Positions 47,156-56,158 of a stretch of 64,000 nt of DNA are shown here, piece after piece; the first letter of the stretch is position 1; each line of letters begins with the position of its first letter. The position numbers and the translations under genes are program-made. The stretch spans positions 398 to 64,397 of the forward strand of contig JBOHRW010000217.1 of assembly GCA_050732935.1 (NCBI GenBank), in the 5' to 3' direction. The notes beneath the pieces are model-generated. The model saw only the letters and a program-made list of their open reading frames with translations. It did no database searches and was not told where the DNA came from. Origin of the DNA: Gemmatimonadota bacterium (GTDB taxonomy: Bacteria; Gemmatimonadota; Gemmatimonadetes; JACCXV01; JAHWKZ01).

Positions 47156-50100
47156 ACCCAAAGAGTCTCAGAGCGCGCCTTTGAGGAGGCGATCGAGTGC
47201 GCCCTCCTCGAGCACGGGCCCGACGCCTGTCCAGGCGACGCCACGGCGGTCCGGGAGCCACCGCCGACCTTCGACGGCGATCCTCTGCCGGGGGGCTACC
47301 GGAAGCAAAGGCCCGAGTACTACGACCGCGCGCTCTGCCTGATCACGAAGGACGTGATCGACTTCCTCCTGGCCACCCAGCCGAAAGAGTGGGAGAGGCT
47401 CCGCCAGCATCACGGTTCGGAGGTTAAGGACCGCTTTCTGTCGCGCCTCTCGCGCGAGATCGGCCGGCGGGGCGCGCTCGATGTTCTGCGGAACGGCGTC
47501 AAGGACTCGGGCTGCAAGTTCCGCCTGGCGTTCTTCCGCCCAGCGAGCGGCCTGAACGAGGAGACGCGGCGGCTCTACGCCGCCAACCTCTTCTCGATCG
47601 TCCGTCAGCTCCGCTACAGCGAGCGGGGAGAACCGAGCCTCGACCTCGTGCTCTTCCTGAACGGGATCCCCCTCTTCACGGCCGAGCTCAAGAACCCGCT
47701 GTCGGGCCAGGACGTCGAGGACGCGATCCGGCAGTACCGGACCGATCGCGACCCGCGCGAGCCGCTCTTCGCCTACGGCCGCTGCCTCGCCCACTTCGCG
47801 GTGGATCCGGAGCTGGTCTTCGTGACCACCCATCTCCGGGGATCCGCGACCCGCTTCCTGCCCTTCAACCAGGGGCGCTTCGGCGGCGCCGGAAATCCCC
47901 CCGTGCCGCCGACACGAAAAGGGTACGCGACCGCGTACCTCTGGGAGCGGACCTGGGCGCGTGACAGCGTCCTCGACCTCGTCCGCCAGTTCATCCACGA
48001 GGTCGAGGAGGAGGACAAGCGCTCGCTGATCTTCCCGCGCTACCAGCAGCTGGACTGCGTCCGTCGGCTCGTGCGTCACGCCCGGAATCACGGCACCGGG
48101 CAGCGCTACCTGATCCAGCACTCGGCCGGGAGCGGGAAGAGCTTCACGATCGCCTGGCTCGCTCACCAGCTCTCGACCCTCCACGACGCCGAGGACCGGC
48201 GCGTCTTCGACTCGATCGTGGTGGTGACGGACCGCCTGGTCCTCGACCGCCAGCTCCAGCGGACGGTGCGCCAGTTCGAGCAGACCCTGGGGGTGGTCGA
48301 GAACATCGACCAGACCTCGCGCCAGCTCAAGGAGGCCCTGGAGTCGGGCCGGACGATCATCGTGACGACACTACAGAAGTTCCCGGTGATCGCCGAGCAG
48401 ATCGAGCAGCTCCGGGGCCAGCGCTTCGCAGTGGTCCTGGACGAGGCGCACTCCTCGCAGACTGGGGAGAGCTCGAAGAGCCTGAAGCAGGCGCTGACCG
48501 CCGGCAGCCTCGAGGAGGCGGAAGCGGAGGAGGCCGGTGCCGGGACGCCCGAGGAGGAGATCGAGGACGCGGTTCACGAGGAGATCCGAAGGCGCGGGCC
48601 CCAGCCCAACCTCTCGACCTTCGCGTTCACGGCGACCCCCAAGCCGAAGACCCTGGAGCTCTTCGGCCGCAAGCGCCCGGACGGGCAGTTCGAGCCCTTC
48701 CATCTCTACTCGATGCGTCAGGCCATCGAGGAGGGCTTCATTCTGGACGTCCTCGCGAACTACACCACCTATAAGACCTATTGGCGGCTCCTCAAGAAGA
48801 TCGAGGACGACCCCCGCTACGACCGGCGGAAGGCCCAGTACCTGCTCAAGTCGTTCGTCGACCTCCATCCCCACGCCATCCAGGAGAAGATCCGCATCAT
48901 GGTGGATCATTTCGCCGGAAAGGTGCAGGGGGAGATCAGCGGGAGGGCCAAGGCGATGATCGTGACGCGGTCTCGGCTCCACGCGGTTCGCTACAAGCGG
49001 GCGCTGGACCGCTATCTGAAGGAGAAGGGCCACATGTGGAAGAGCCTGGTGGCGTTCTCGGGGACGGTCGAGGACGGGGGGAAGAGATACACGGAATCGG
49101 GCATGAACTCCGCCGGCGAGGATCACGTGATCGGCGAGCGCCAGACGGCCCTCGAGTTCGGAAAACCCGAGTGCCGGTTCCTGGTGGTCGCTAACAAGTT
49201 CCAGACGGGCTTCGACCAGCCGCTCCTCCACACGATGTACGTGGACAAGAAGCTGGGCGGGGTGAACGCGGTCCAGACCCTCTCGCGCCTCAACCGGACG
49301 CACCCGGGCAAGACGGGCACCATGGTGCTCGACGTCGCCAACGAGGCCGAGGAGATCCGGAAGGCCTTCGAGCCGTACTACGAGACGACGCTGCTGTCCG
49401 AGGAGACGGATCCGAACCTGCTCTACGAGGTCCAGGGGCGGCTCCTGGGGTTCGGCGTGTACACCGAGGTCGATGTCGCGGCGTTTGCGCGGGTGTACTT
49501 CGACTCTAAGACCACCCAGGACCAGATCTACGCGGCGCTGGAGTCGATCCGCGAGCGGTTCGGAGAGATCACCCCGGAGGAACAGGCCGGCTTCTGGGGC
49601 CAGGTCACCGACTACGTCCGGCTCTACGCCTTTCTTTCCCAGGTCCTGACCTTCGCCGACCCTGACCTCGAGAAGCTCTACGTCTTCGCCCGTTATCTCC
49701 GGCGGCTCCTGCCGGCCGACCCTGAGGAACTCCCCCGTGAGGTGCAGCAGAACATCGACATGGAGTCCTACCGCATCCAGGAGATGAGCCGCGGCAGGAT
49801 CAAGCTCGAACGCCAGGCCGGGAAGCTGGGTCCCATGCGCAGCAAGCCGGGCCACGGGCGCGGGGAGGAAGAACTCGAGCCCCTTTCCCAGATCATCGCC
49901 GAGCTGAACGAGCGGTTTGGGCTGAACCTCGGGCCCGAGCACCGCATCGCCCTGGAGCGGATTCGCGATGCTCTTGACGAGGACGCCGGCCTCGACGCCA
50001 GTGCGCGGGTCAACACGCGGGAGAACGTGCGTCTCACGTTCGACCCCAAGGTCGAAGACAAGATCCAGGAGATCGTCGACACCAACTTCGAGCTCTACAA

Positions 50101-50719
50101 GCGGATCACCGACGACCAGGCCTTCGGCCGGGCGCTCAAGAACCTCCTCTTCGACGACTACATCCGCCGCCATCGTCGTGTGGAGGAGTTGCTGAAGCTC
50201 CAGGAGTCCAAGACGCTGGAGTTCAAGTCGAGCCTGCGCTGGAACCTGAAGGAGGACTGCAAGGACGACCGCCACGTCACCCACGCGGCCCTCAAGACGA
50301 TCGCCGCCTTTCTGAACACTGAGGGCGGTGACCTCGTGATCGGTGTGGCCGATGACCGCACCGTCGTTGGCATCGAGCCCGACCGGCTCGAGAACGACGA
50401 CAAGTTCATGCGCCACCTGGCCCAGGTGGTCAGGAACGGTCTCGGGGTTCGCGCCGGGACCTGCATCGATCCCAAGACTCAGATCGTGGATGGGAAGACG
50501 GTCTGCCTGGTGAGCTGTCAGCGGAGCCCGGAGCCTGTATTCCTGAAGTGGAAGGGGCTGGAGAAGTCCAAGAGCGGGGACCTCTTCGTGCGCAGCGGCC
50601 CCAGCACAATCCCGCTGGAAGGCGATGACGTCGAGGAGTTCATCACTACGAGATTTCGTGCGACGGTCGGGCCAGGCGCAGGGATAGCACCAGTTGACGA
50701 ACCTCGGACACCAGCATAG
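47153..50719 (+). CDS. hsdR: type I restriction enzyme R subunit with C-terminal AlbA_2 (Schlafen-like) domain
   Basis: HsdR N-terminal nuclease and SF2 helicase motifs (QHSAGSGKSFT, DEAHSSQ, ...). The C-terminal 170 aa, ESKTLEFKSSL...HAALKTIAAFLNTEGGDLVIGVADDRTVVGI, matches the AlbA_2 core. Confidence 0.9.
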   Translation: MTQRVSERAFEEAIECALLEHGPDACPGDATAVREPPPTFDGDPLPGGYRKQRPEYYDRALCLITKDVIDFLLATQPKEWERLRQHHGSEVKDRFLSRLSREIGRRGALDVLRNGVKDSGCKFRLAFFRPASGLNEETRRLYAANLFSIVRQLRYSERGEPSLDLVLFLNGIPLFTAELKNPLSGQDVEDAIRQYRTDRDPREPLFAYGRCLAHFAVDPELVFVTTHLRGSATRFLPFNQGRFGGAGNPPVPPTRKGYATAYLWERTWARDSVLDLVRQFIHEVEEEDKRSLIFPRYQQLDCVRRLVRHARNHGTGQRYLIQHSAGSGKSFTIAWLAHQLSTLHDAEDRRVFDSIVVVTDRLVLDRQLQRTVRQFEQTLGVVENIDQTSRQLKEALESGRTIIVTTLQKFPVIAEQIEQLRGQRFAVVLDEAHSSQTGESSKSLKQALTAGSLEEAEAEEAGAGTPEEEIEDAVHEEIRRRGPQPNLSTFAFTATPKPKTLELFGRKRPDGQFEPFHLYSMRQAIEEGFILDVLANYTTYKTYWRLLKKIEDDPRYDRRKAQYLLKSFVDLHPHAIQEKIRIMVDHFAGKVQGEISGRAKAMIVTRSRLHAVRYKRALDRYLKEKGHMWKSLVAFSGTVEDGGKRYTESGMNSAGEDHVIGERQTALEFGKPECRFLVVANKFQTGFDQPLLHTMYVDKKLGGVNAVQTLSRLNRTHPGKTGTMVLDVANEAEEIRKAFEPYYETTLLSEETDPNLLYEVQGRLLGFGVYTEVDVAAFARVYFDSKTTQDQIYAALESIRERFGEITPEEQAGFWGQVTDYVRLYAFLSQVLTFADPDLEKLYVFARYLRRLLPADPEELPREVQQNIDMESYRIQEMSRGRIKLERQAGKLGPMRSKPGHGRGEEELEPLSQIIAELNERFGLNLGPEHRIALERIRDALDEDAGLDASARVNTRENVRLTFDPKVEDKIQEIVDTNFELYKRITDDQAFGRALKNLLFDDYIRRHRRVEELLKLQESKTLEFKSSLRWNLKEDCKDDRHVTHAALKTIAAFLNTEGGDLVIGVADDRTVVGIEPDRLENDDKFMRHLAQVVRNGLGVRAGTCIDPKTQIVDGKTVCLVSCQRSPEPVFLKWKGLEKSKSGDLFVRSGPSTIPLEGDDVEEFITTRFRATVGPGAGIAPVDEPRTPA

Positions 50720-50728
50720 ACGGAGAGA

Positions 50729-51415
50729 ATGCCAAAACTACGCAGTCTCGAAGCCATCTTCCGAGAGCTCAACGCTGAAGGGATCCGCTACCTGGTGGCC
50801 GGGGGAGTCGCCGTCAACGTCCACGGCTATCAGCGAATGACACAGGACCTTGATCTCATCGTGGATCTCGCACGGGAGAACGTGCTGGGTGCCCTAAGGG
50901 CGCTTGGAAAGCTGGGGTACCGGCCGGTGTTACCGGTCGAGGCGGAGGATTTCGCGGATCCCGCAAAGCGGCGAGCTTGGGTGGAAACGAAGAATCTGCA
51001 GGTCTTCTCGCTGACCAGCGAGGAGCACCAGGACACGACCGTCGACCTGTTTGCAGGCGATCCCTTCTCAGGTCGGGACGAGTACGCCCGCGCCGTCCTG
51101 GTGGAGATTGCTCCTGCCCTCGAGGTGCCCTTCGTGCACTTGGCCACCCTCATCGCCATGAAGGAGGGGACGGGACGCGCCAGAGATTCGGATGACGTCG
51201 AGCACCTTCGTGAAATCCAGACGGATTTGGAAGCTGGACCGGACAGGGTCAGGGAGACGGGGGGCTGGGTAGCCGCCACCTGGGGGGGAAGCCGCCGCGA
51301 GCAACTGCGGAGAGCGCTTCGGCTGAGTGCATCCGAGCGGCTCGAGGGGCTGGAGGCCCTGACGGAGACGAGCGAGCGGCTGAAAGGAATCGCCAGGCCG
51401 GATGGCGGCCCATGA
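50729..51415 (+). CDS. minimal nucleotidyltransferase-fold protein, paralog c
   Basis: IRYLVAGGVAVNVHGYQRMTQDLDLIVD. 228 aa. Begins 10 nt after hsdR stop. 14-nt overlap with the downstream deaminase gene. Confidence 0.55.
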   Translation: MPKLRSLEAIFRELNAEGIRYLVAGGVAVNVHGYQRMTQDLDLIVDLARENVLGALRALGKLGYRPVLPVEAEDFADPAKRRAWVETKNLQVFSLTSEEHQDTTVDLFAGDPFSGRDEYARAVLVEIAPALEVPFVHLATLIAMKEGTGRARDSDDVEHLREIQTDLEAGPDRVRETGGWVAATWGGSRREQLRRALRLSASERLEGLEALTETSERLKGIARPDGGP

Positions 51416-51950
51416 AACCGTCGGGAGGGCCGTGACCAGCAGCGCTCAACATCGTGAACGGCTACGGGAGCTCGTCGAATTCACGGCGTCCTCGTTGGAC
51501 ACCGACTTCCCCTCACCGTTCGGATCCGCGGTCTACGACGAGCGAAGTGGCGGACTGATAGCTCAGGCCTACGACACCGTCATCGAAGCGCGCGACCCCA
51601 CGAACCACGCGGAGATCAACGCCATTCGCGAAGCCACGAAGAAGCTCCGATCGCTGTCGCTTCGGGGATGCATCCTGTACAGCACCTGCGAACCATGCCC
51701 CATGTGCATGTCCGCCAGCATCTGGGCCGAGATCGATACGGTGGTCTTCGGCGCGTCGACATTGGAAGACGCCGATCGGTACTGGCCGCAGGCATCGGAC
51801 ATGTCACCGCTCGATCTCGTGGCCCGCATGCGCCGGGAGCCGCGATGCGGGCTCGTACCTCACGTCGAACGCCGCCTCTGTCAGGACCTCTTCCGGCGAT
51901 GCGACGAGGCGCGAAGGGAACGCGGCCTGGAGCTTCCTCCCCACCGCTGA
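51402..51950 (+). CDS. CMP/dCMP-type zinc deaminase (TadA/nucleoside deaminase-like)
   Basis: HAEINAIREA...CEPCPMC zinc-binding signature. Confidence 0.75.
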   Translation: MAAHETVGRAVTSSAQHRERLRELVEFTASSLDTDFPSPFGSAVYDERSGGLIAQAYDTVIEARDPTNHAEINAIREATKKLRSLSLRGCILYSTCEPCPMCMSASIWAEIDTVVFGASTLEDADRYWPQASDMSPLDLVARMRREPRCGLVPHVERRLCQDLFRRCDEARRERGLELPPHR

Positions 51951-51964
51951 GCGAAGCCCTTTGT

Positions 51965-53188
51965 CTAGCGCCCCATCTGCCGCAGCCAGCTCTGATAGAC
52001 CTCGTCGGCGAGATTCTTGGCCAGCACGCCAATCCGCTCGCGGGTCAGATCGAAGGCGCGCGCCTGAACGAGCCGGTGGAGGTCCTCGAGTGGCGCGGCG
52101 ATCCCATTGCAGTGGCCGCGGCCGAGCTGGAGACCGACATCCCGGGCGATCTCCTCGAGCTGGGCCTGGCTCTCGAGATCCGCGATGTCGAGCGCCTGAT
52201 AGCCGAAGTCCCAGGAGTGGACCCACCACTGGCTCTCGTCTCCGGCGCCTTCCTCCCATGGGAGATAGCCCAGGACCTGGGGTTTGATCCTTCCCAGCCT
52301 CGCGGTGGGCAGCAGGATCCGCAGCATGCCACCGGCGGGTGCCTGGAGCAGGCAGGGCGCCGCGACCTCGCCCATGGGCTTGATCTCGACGATCACGTCG
52401 TCCTCCGACGCCTCGGTCGCGCCGCGGATCCGCAACAGGAACTTCGTGTCCAGGGCGCTTCCGACCCCGATGTCGATGGAGCCGAGACGTTCGATGCCGT
52501 AGAAATCGTCGAGGGCCGCGGGCTGAAGCCGCAGCATCAGGTGCGCGAACAGCGTCCAGCGATCCACGATCCGCGTGCGGGTCTCGGGATCGGGGGCTTC
52601 CATCAGAGATTCCGCCCATTCCAGGTAGGTTGTCCGATCGAGCGGCGCACGGCTCCGCGCCCGCTCGACCCAAGCCGGTGGTGGAACCGGGGAATCCGGG
52701 TGTGTGAGTCCGGTGGCGTAGGCACCGAGAAAGGCCTCCACCGCCGCGTCGGGCTCGCAATCGAAGCCCGTGCTGCGGCAAGCGAAATGGATCGAGGACG
52801 CGAACCGCACGAGATCCACGACGGCCGGGCCGATGCCCGCCTCGTCGAAGTCATCGAGCCCGTGCGCGGTCGGAGTGATCGCGTACTGCTCGATGTGGGC
52901 GTCTCCATGGAGGTTCACGAGCGGCATCTCGCCGGCCAGAGCCGCGAACTCGGCGCACACCCGCTGCGAGAAGGAATTCGTCAGCAATCGGTAATACGTG
53001 TAGGGATCCGACCGCACGCGCTCGAGCAGGTCGGCACGCTCGGAGAGGATGTCGAGCTCGGCCCGGGTCAGGCTGAGTGAGGAGCCGGGCACGGCCAGCT
53101 CCGAACCGCTCCCGGCGCCGGAACGTGACGCCGAGCACCCCGTCAGGGCGATCGCCGTCGTCAGGCAGAGCACGACCTGTCTGCTCAT
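51965..53188 (-). CDS. lipoprotein, DUF2252-like (uncharacterised)
   Basis: MSRQVVLCLTTAIALTGCSAS lipobox. VNLHGDAHIEQY resembles the HGD.H..N motif recalled for DUF2252. 407 aa. Confidence 0.45.
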   Translation of the reverse strand: MSRQVVLCLTTAIALTGCSASRSGAGSGSELAVPGSSLSLTRAELDILSERADLLERVRSDPYTYYRLLTNSFSQRVCAEFAALAGEMPLVNLHGDAHIEQYAITPTAHGLDDFDEAGIGPAVVDLVRFASSIHFACRSTGFDCEPDAAVEAFLGAYATGLTHPDSPVPPPAWVERARSRAPLDRTTYLEWAESLMEAPDPETRTRIVDRWTLFAHLMLRLQPAALDDFYGIERLGSIDIGVGSALDTKFLLRIRGATEASEDDVIVEIKPMGEVAAPCLLQAPAGGMLRILLPTARLGRIKPQVLGYLPWEEGAGDESQWWVHSWDFGYQALDIADLESQAQLEEIARDVGLQLGRGHCNGIAAPLEDLHRLVQARAFDLTRERIGVLAKNLADEVYQSWLRQMGR

Positions 53189-53262
53189 CCATCCTCCGGT
53201 CGCACGATTCGTCGTCGCGGCTCGGTCCTGTAGATTAGCACGCTTTCCGGAGGAGCGTCCTT

Positions 53263-54060
53263 CTGAAGGTCGCCAAGATCCCCTATCTGAACGCCCAGCC
53301 GTTCTATTACGGCTGGGGCGACGAGCCGCCCTTCGAAGTCGTCTCGATGGTGCCGAGCGAGCTCGGGCGCGCCGCCTCGGAGGGCTCGATCGACGCCGGC
53401 CTGATGGCGGTCGCCGACTACATCGGTCAGGAAGGGACTTTCGAGCTCACGTCGCCGCCGATGGGGATCGCCGTGCGCGACCATGTTCGCTCGGTCGTCC
53501 TCCTCTCGCGACGTCGGGCGCGGGGCCTCGACGGCCGGAGAGTCGGCGTCACGCGGGAGAGCTCGACCTCCCGCCGGCTCCTCGAGCTCCTGGCCCGGGC
53601 GCGGTGGGAGGTCGAACCGGAATGGGTCCGCGAAGACGACATCGACGGCGATCCCGGCGAAGCCGTCGACGCCCTGCTGCTCATCGGTGATCGAGCGCTG
53701 GAGGCCGTGGCGGATTCGAAGCGCCGCGGATGGGAAAGAGTGATCGATCTCGCGACCGAGTGGCGGGAGTGGCAGAAGCTCCCCTTCGTCTTTGCGGTGT
53801 GGGCGGTGCGGACGACCCTTCCACGTCGCGAGCGCGAACGGTTCGCCGGATTCCTCACGGGTTCGCTCGCCGTGGGCAGCGAGCACCTCCTGGAGATCGC
53901 CACCGCTGCCGCGGGAGAGCTCGGCACGAAAGAGGATCTGGCGGCCTACCTGGGGAACTTCGTCTATCGGCTGGGCGCCGAGGAGCGCGCGGGCCTGCGG
54001 CGCTTCCGCGACCTCCTCGCCGATCACGACATTCTGGAGTATCGGCAAACGCCGGTATGA
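53263..54060 (+). CDS. mqnA: chorismate dehydratase MqnA (futalosine pathway); apparent non-ATG start
   Basis: KVAKIPYLNAQPFYYGW... (the MqnA N-terminal hallmark IPYLN..P) and the VitK2_biosynth fold. The conserved N-terminus precedes the first ATG (53347). GGAGGAG lies 7 nt before an in-frame CTG at 53263, so the start is either unusual or affected by an indel. Confidence 0.65.
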   Translation: MKVAKIPYLNAQPFYYGWGDEPPFEVVSMVPSELGRAASEGSIDAGLMAVADYIGQEGTFELTSPPMGIAVRDHVRSVVLLSRRRARGLDGRRVGVTRESSTSRRLLELLARARWEVEPEWVREDDIDGDPGEAVDALLLIGDRALEAVADSKRRGWERVIDLATEWREWQKLPFVFAVWAVRTTLPRRERERFAGFLTGSLAVGSEHLLEIATAAAGELGTKEDLAAYLGNFVYRLGAEERAGLRRFRDLLADHDILEYRQTPV

Positions 54061-54079
54061 CAGGCCCGATCCCTGCCGG

Positions 54080-54763
54080 TCAGGTCCCGGCGAGTCGCCT
54101 GTCCCCGTAGTCGCGGAAGACCCACACCAAGAGCAGCCCGGCCACGAAGCCGCCGATGTGGGCCGCGTACGCGACGCCCCCGGTCTGCTCGGTCCGGGCC
54201 ATCTGCCCGATCCCGTTGATGAACTGCAGCACGATCCACATGCCGATGACGAAGATCGCGGGCATGTGGGTGATCGCCCGGAAGACGAGCACCCGGACCC
54301 GTTGCCGGGGGAACAGGATGAGGTAGGCGCCGAGGACGCCCGAGATCGCACCGCTCGCTCCCAGGCTCGGGATCTGGCTGTCGATGTCCATGAAGATCTG
54401 GGCCAGCGCCGCCGCTACCCCGCAGATCAGGTAGAACACCAGATACTTCACGTGGCCCATGGCCTCCTCGACGTTGTCCCCGAAGATCCACAGGAACAGC
54501 ATGTTGCCGCCGATATGCATGAAGCCGCCGTGCATGAACATCGAGCTGAACAACGTGGTCCAGAAGGGCCCCGGATGAGTCGGCGGCAGATCCGTCTGCT
54601 GGCCGTACTCCACCGGCACCACCGACCACTTCATGAAGAAGCTCTCGATGTCGCCGTGCATCAGCTGGATCAGAAAGACCAGGACGTTGATGCCGATGAG
54701 GGCGAAGGTGACGATCGGGGTGATGTGCATGCCCGAATCGTCGTCGCCGAGCGGCATGACCAT
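54080..54763 (-). CDS. rhomboid-family intramembrane serine protease
   Basis: GASGAISGVLGAY (GxSG), AHIGGFVAGLL (catalytic His). Six TM helices. Confidence 0.85.
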   Translation of the reverse strand: MVMPLGDDDSGMHITPIVTFALIGINVLVFLIQLMHGDIESFFMKWSVVPVEYGQQTDLPPTHPGPFWTTLFSSMFMHGGFMHIGGNMLFLWIFGDNVEEAMGHVKYLVFYLICGVAAALAQIFMDIDSQIPSLGASGAISGVLGAYLILFPRQRVRVLVFRAITHMPAIFVIGMWIVLQFINGIGQMARTEQTGGVAYAAHIGGFVAGLLLVWVFRDYGDRRLAGT

Positions 54764-54945
54764 GGCGTTTACCTCCGTCCGGGTGAAGGCCGTGCGTCCG
54801 TGGGGGAGCGTCTCGACTCGAGCGGAGTCATTCTAACACGCGGGCCATAAACCGTGCCGGCGGGAACCGTGTTTTTCTCGGACGGGACGTTAGAATCGAT
54901 GCATAGCTTCCCGCTCACCTGGATGTGTCTCGTCGGGGAGGTATC

Positions 54946-56157
54946 ATGCGAAAAGCCTTCTGGACGCTCGGCTTCGTGCTGGTGCTGGTCTCCTGCGACG
55001 AGACACCCGCCGGGCCCGAGCCCATCGCAGAGCTGCCGCGTCAGCTCACGGCGGAGGAGGTAGCGGCGGTCCGGGCGGGCAACGACTTCGCCTTCCGCCT
55101 CTTCCGAAGTCTCACCCGCGCCGCTCCCGACTCCAACGTCCTCATCTCGCCGATCAGCATCTCCTTCGCGCTCGGAATGGCGCTGAACGGGGCGGACGGG
55201 AGCACACTCGAGCAGATGAAGGTCGCGCTCGGCCTCTCACCCCTCACGGTGGAAGAGATCAATCGCTCCTACAGCGGGCTGATGGCCCTTCTCCTGGGTC
55301 TCGATCGTTCCGTCGACATGCGGATCGCGAACTCGATGTGGTTTCGGGAAGGCTTCCCGGTGGGACCCGAGTTCGTCGCGACCAACCGCGAGGTCTTCGA
55401 CGCCGAGGTCGCGACCCTCGATTTCGCGAGCCCCGAAGCGGTGAAAGCCATCAACGACTGGGTCCGGGAGAACACGAACGGACGGATCGAGAAGATCATC
55501 GAATCGATCCCCCCGGACTACGTATTCTATCTCATCAACGCGATCTATTTCCGGGGACTGTGGACGTATCCTTTCGATCCGGAGAGGACACGCGAGGCGC
55601 CGTTCCACAGGCTCGACGGAACGACCGAGCCCGTGCCGCTCATGGGACGGGATTCGCTCTACGTGTACCTCGAGACCCATCGCTACAGGGCGGTCGAGGT
55701 GCCGTACGGCGGAGAGGCCTTCGCGATGACCGTCGTGCTGCCCGCCGAGGGGACTACGCCGGCCGAGCTGATGTCGGACTTCGACGCGGCGGACTGGGAG
55801 ATCCTCGTCACCGGGCTGACGAGCGAGCGCCTCGTTCTCTCTCTGCCCCGCTTCGAGCTCGAGTACGAAAGGAAGCTGAACGAGATCCTGGCCGAGCTGG
55901 GGATGCCGGAGGCCTTCACGCCTGCCGCCGACTTCAGCCGTCTCTCCCCTGTGGGGGTATGGATCGACGAGGTCCGGCACAAGACCTTCGTCCGGGTGGA
56001 CGAGGAGGGCACCGAGGCGGCGGCGGTGACCTCGGTCGCAGGGCCGACCTCCGCCCCGCCCGCCTTCCGCGCCGATCGACCGTTCGTCTTCGTTATCCGG
56101 GAGCGGTTCAGCGGTACTATCCTGTTCATTGGACAGCTCGTCGATCCGGAGGGGTGA
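54946..56157 (+). CDS. serpin (serine protease inhibitor) lipoprotein
   Basis: GGGGAGG RBS. MRKAFWTLGFVLVLVSCDE lipobox. Serpin core, with hinge and reactive-centre-loop region ...EEGTEAAAVTSVAG... and C-terminal FVFVIRE...ILFIGQ. Confidence 0.85.
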   Translation: MRKAFWTLGFVLVLVSCDETPAGPEPIAELPRQLTAEEVAAVRAGNDFAFRLFRSLTRAAPDSNVLISPISISFALGMALNGADGSTLEQMKVALGLSPLTVEEINRSYSGLMALLLGLDRSVDMRIANSMWFREGFPVGPEFVATNREVFDAEVATLDFASPEAVKAINDWVRENTNGRIEKIIESIPPDYVFYLINAIYFRGLWTYPFDPERTREAPFHRLDGTTEPVPLMGRDSLYVYLETHRYRAVEVPYGGEAFAMTVVLPAEGTTPAELMSDFDAADWEILVTGLTSERLVLSLPRFELEYERKLNEILAELGMPEAFTPAADFSRLSPVGVWIDEVRHKTFVRVDEEGTEAAAVTSVAGPTSAPPAFRADRPFVFVIRERFSGTILFIGQLVDPEG

Positions 56158-56158
56158 C

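Noticed and set aside
48371-50416. 681-aa minus-strand ORF
   Set aside because: Antisense to hsdR, which has unambiguous helicase and nuclease motifs.
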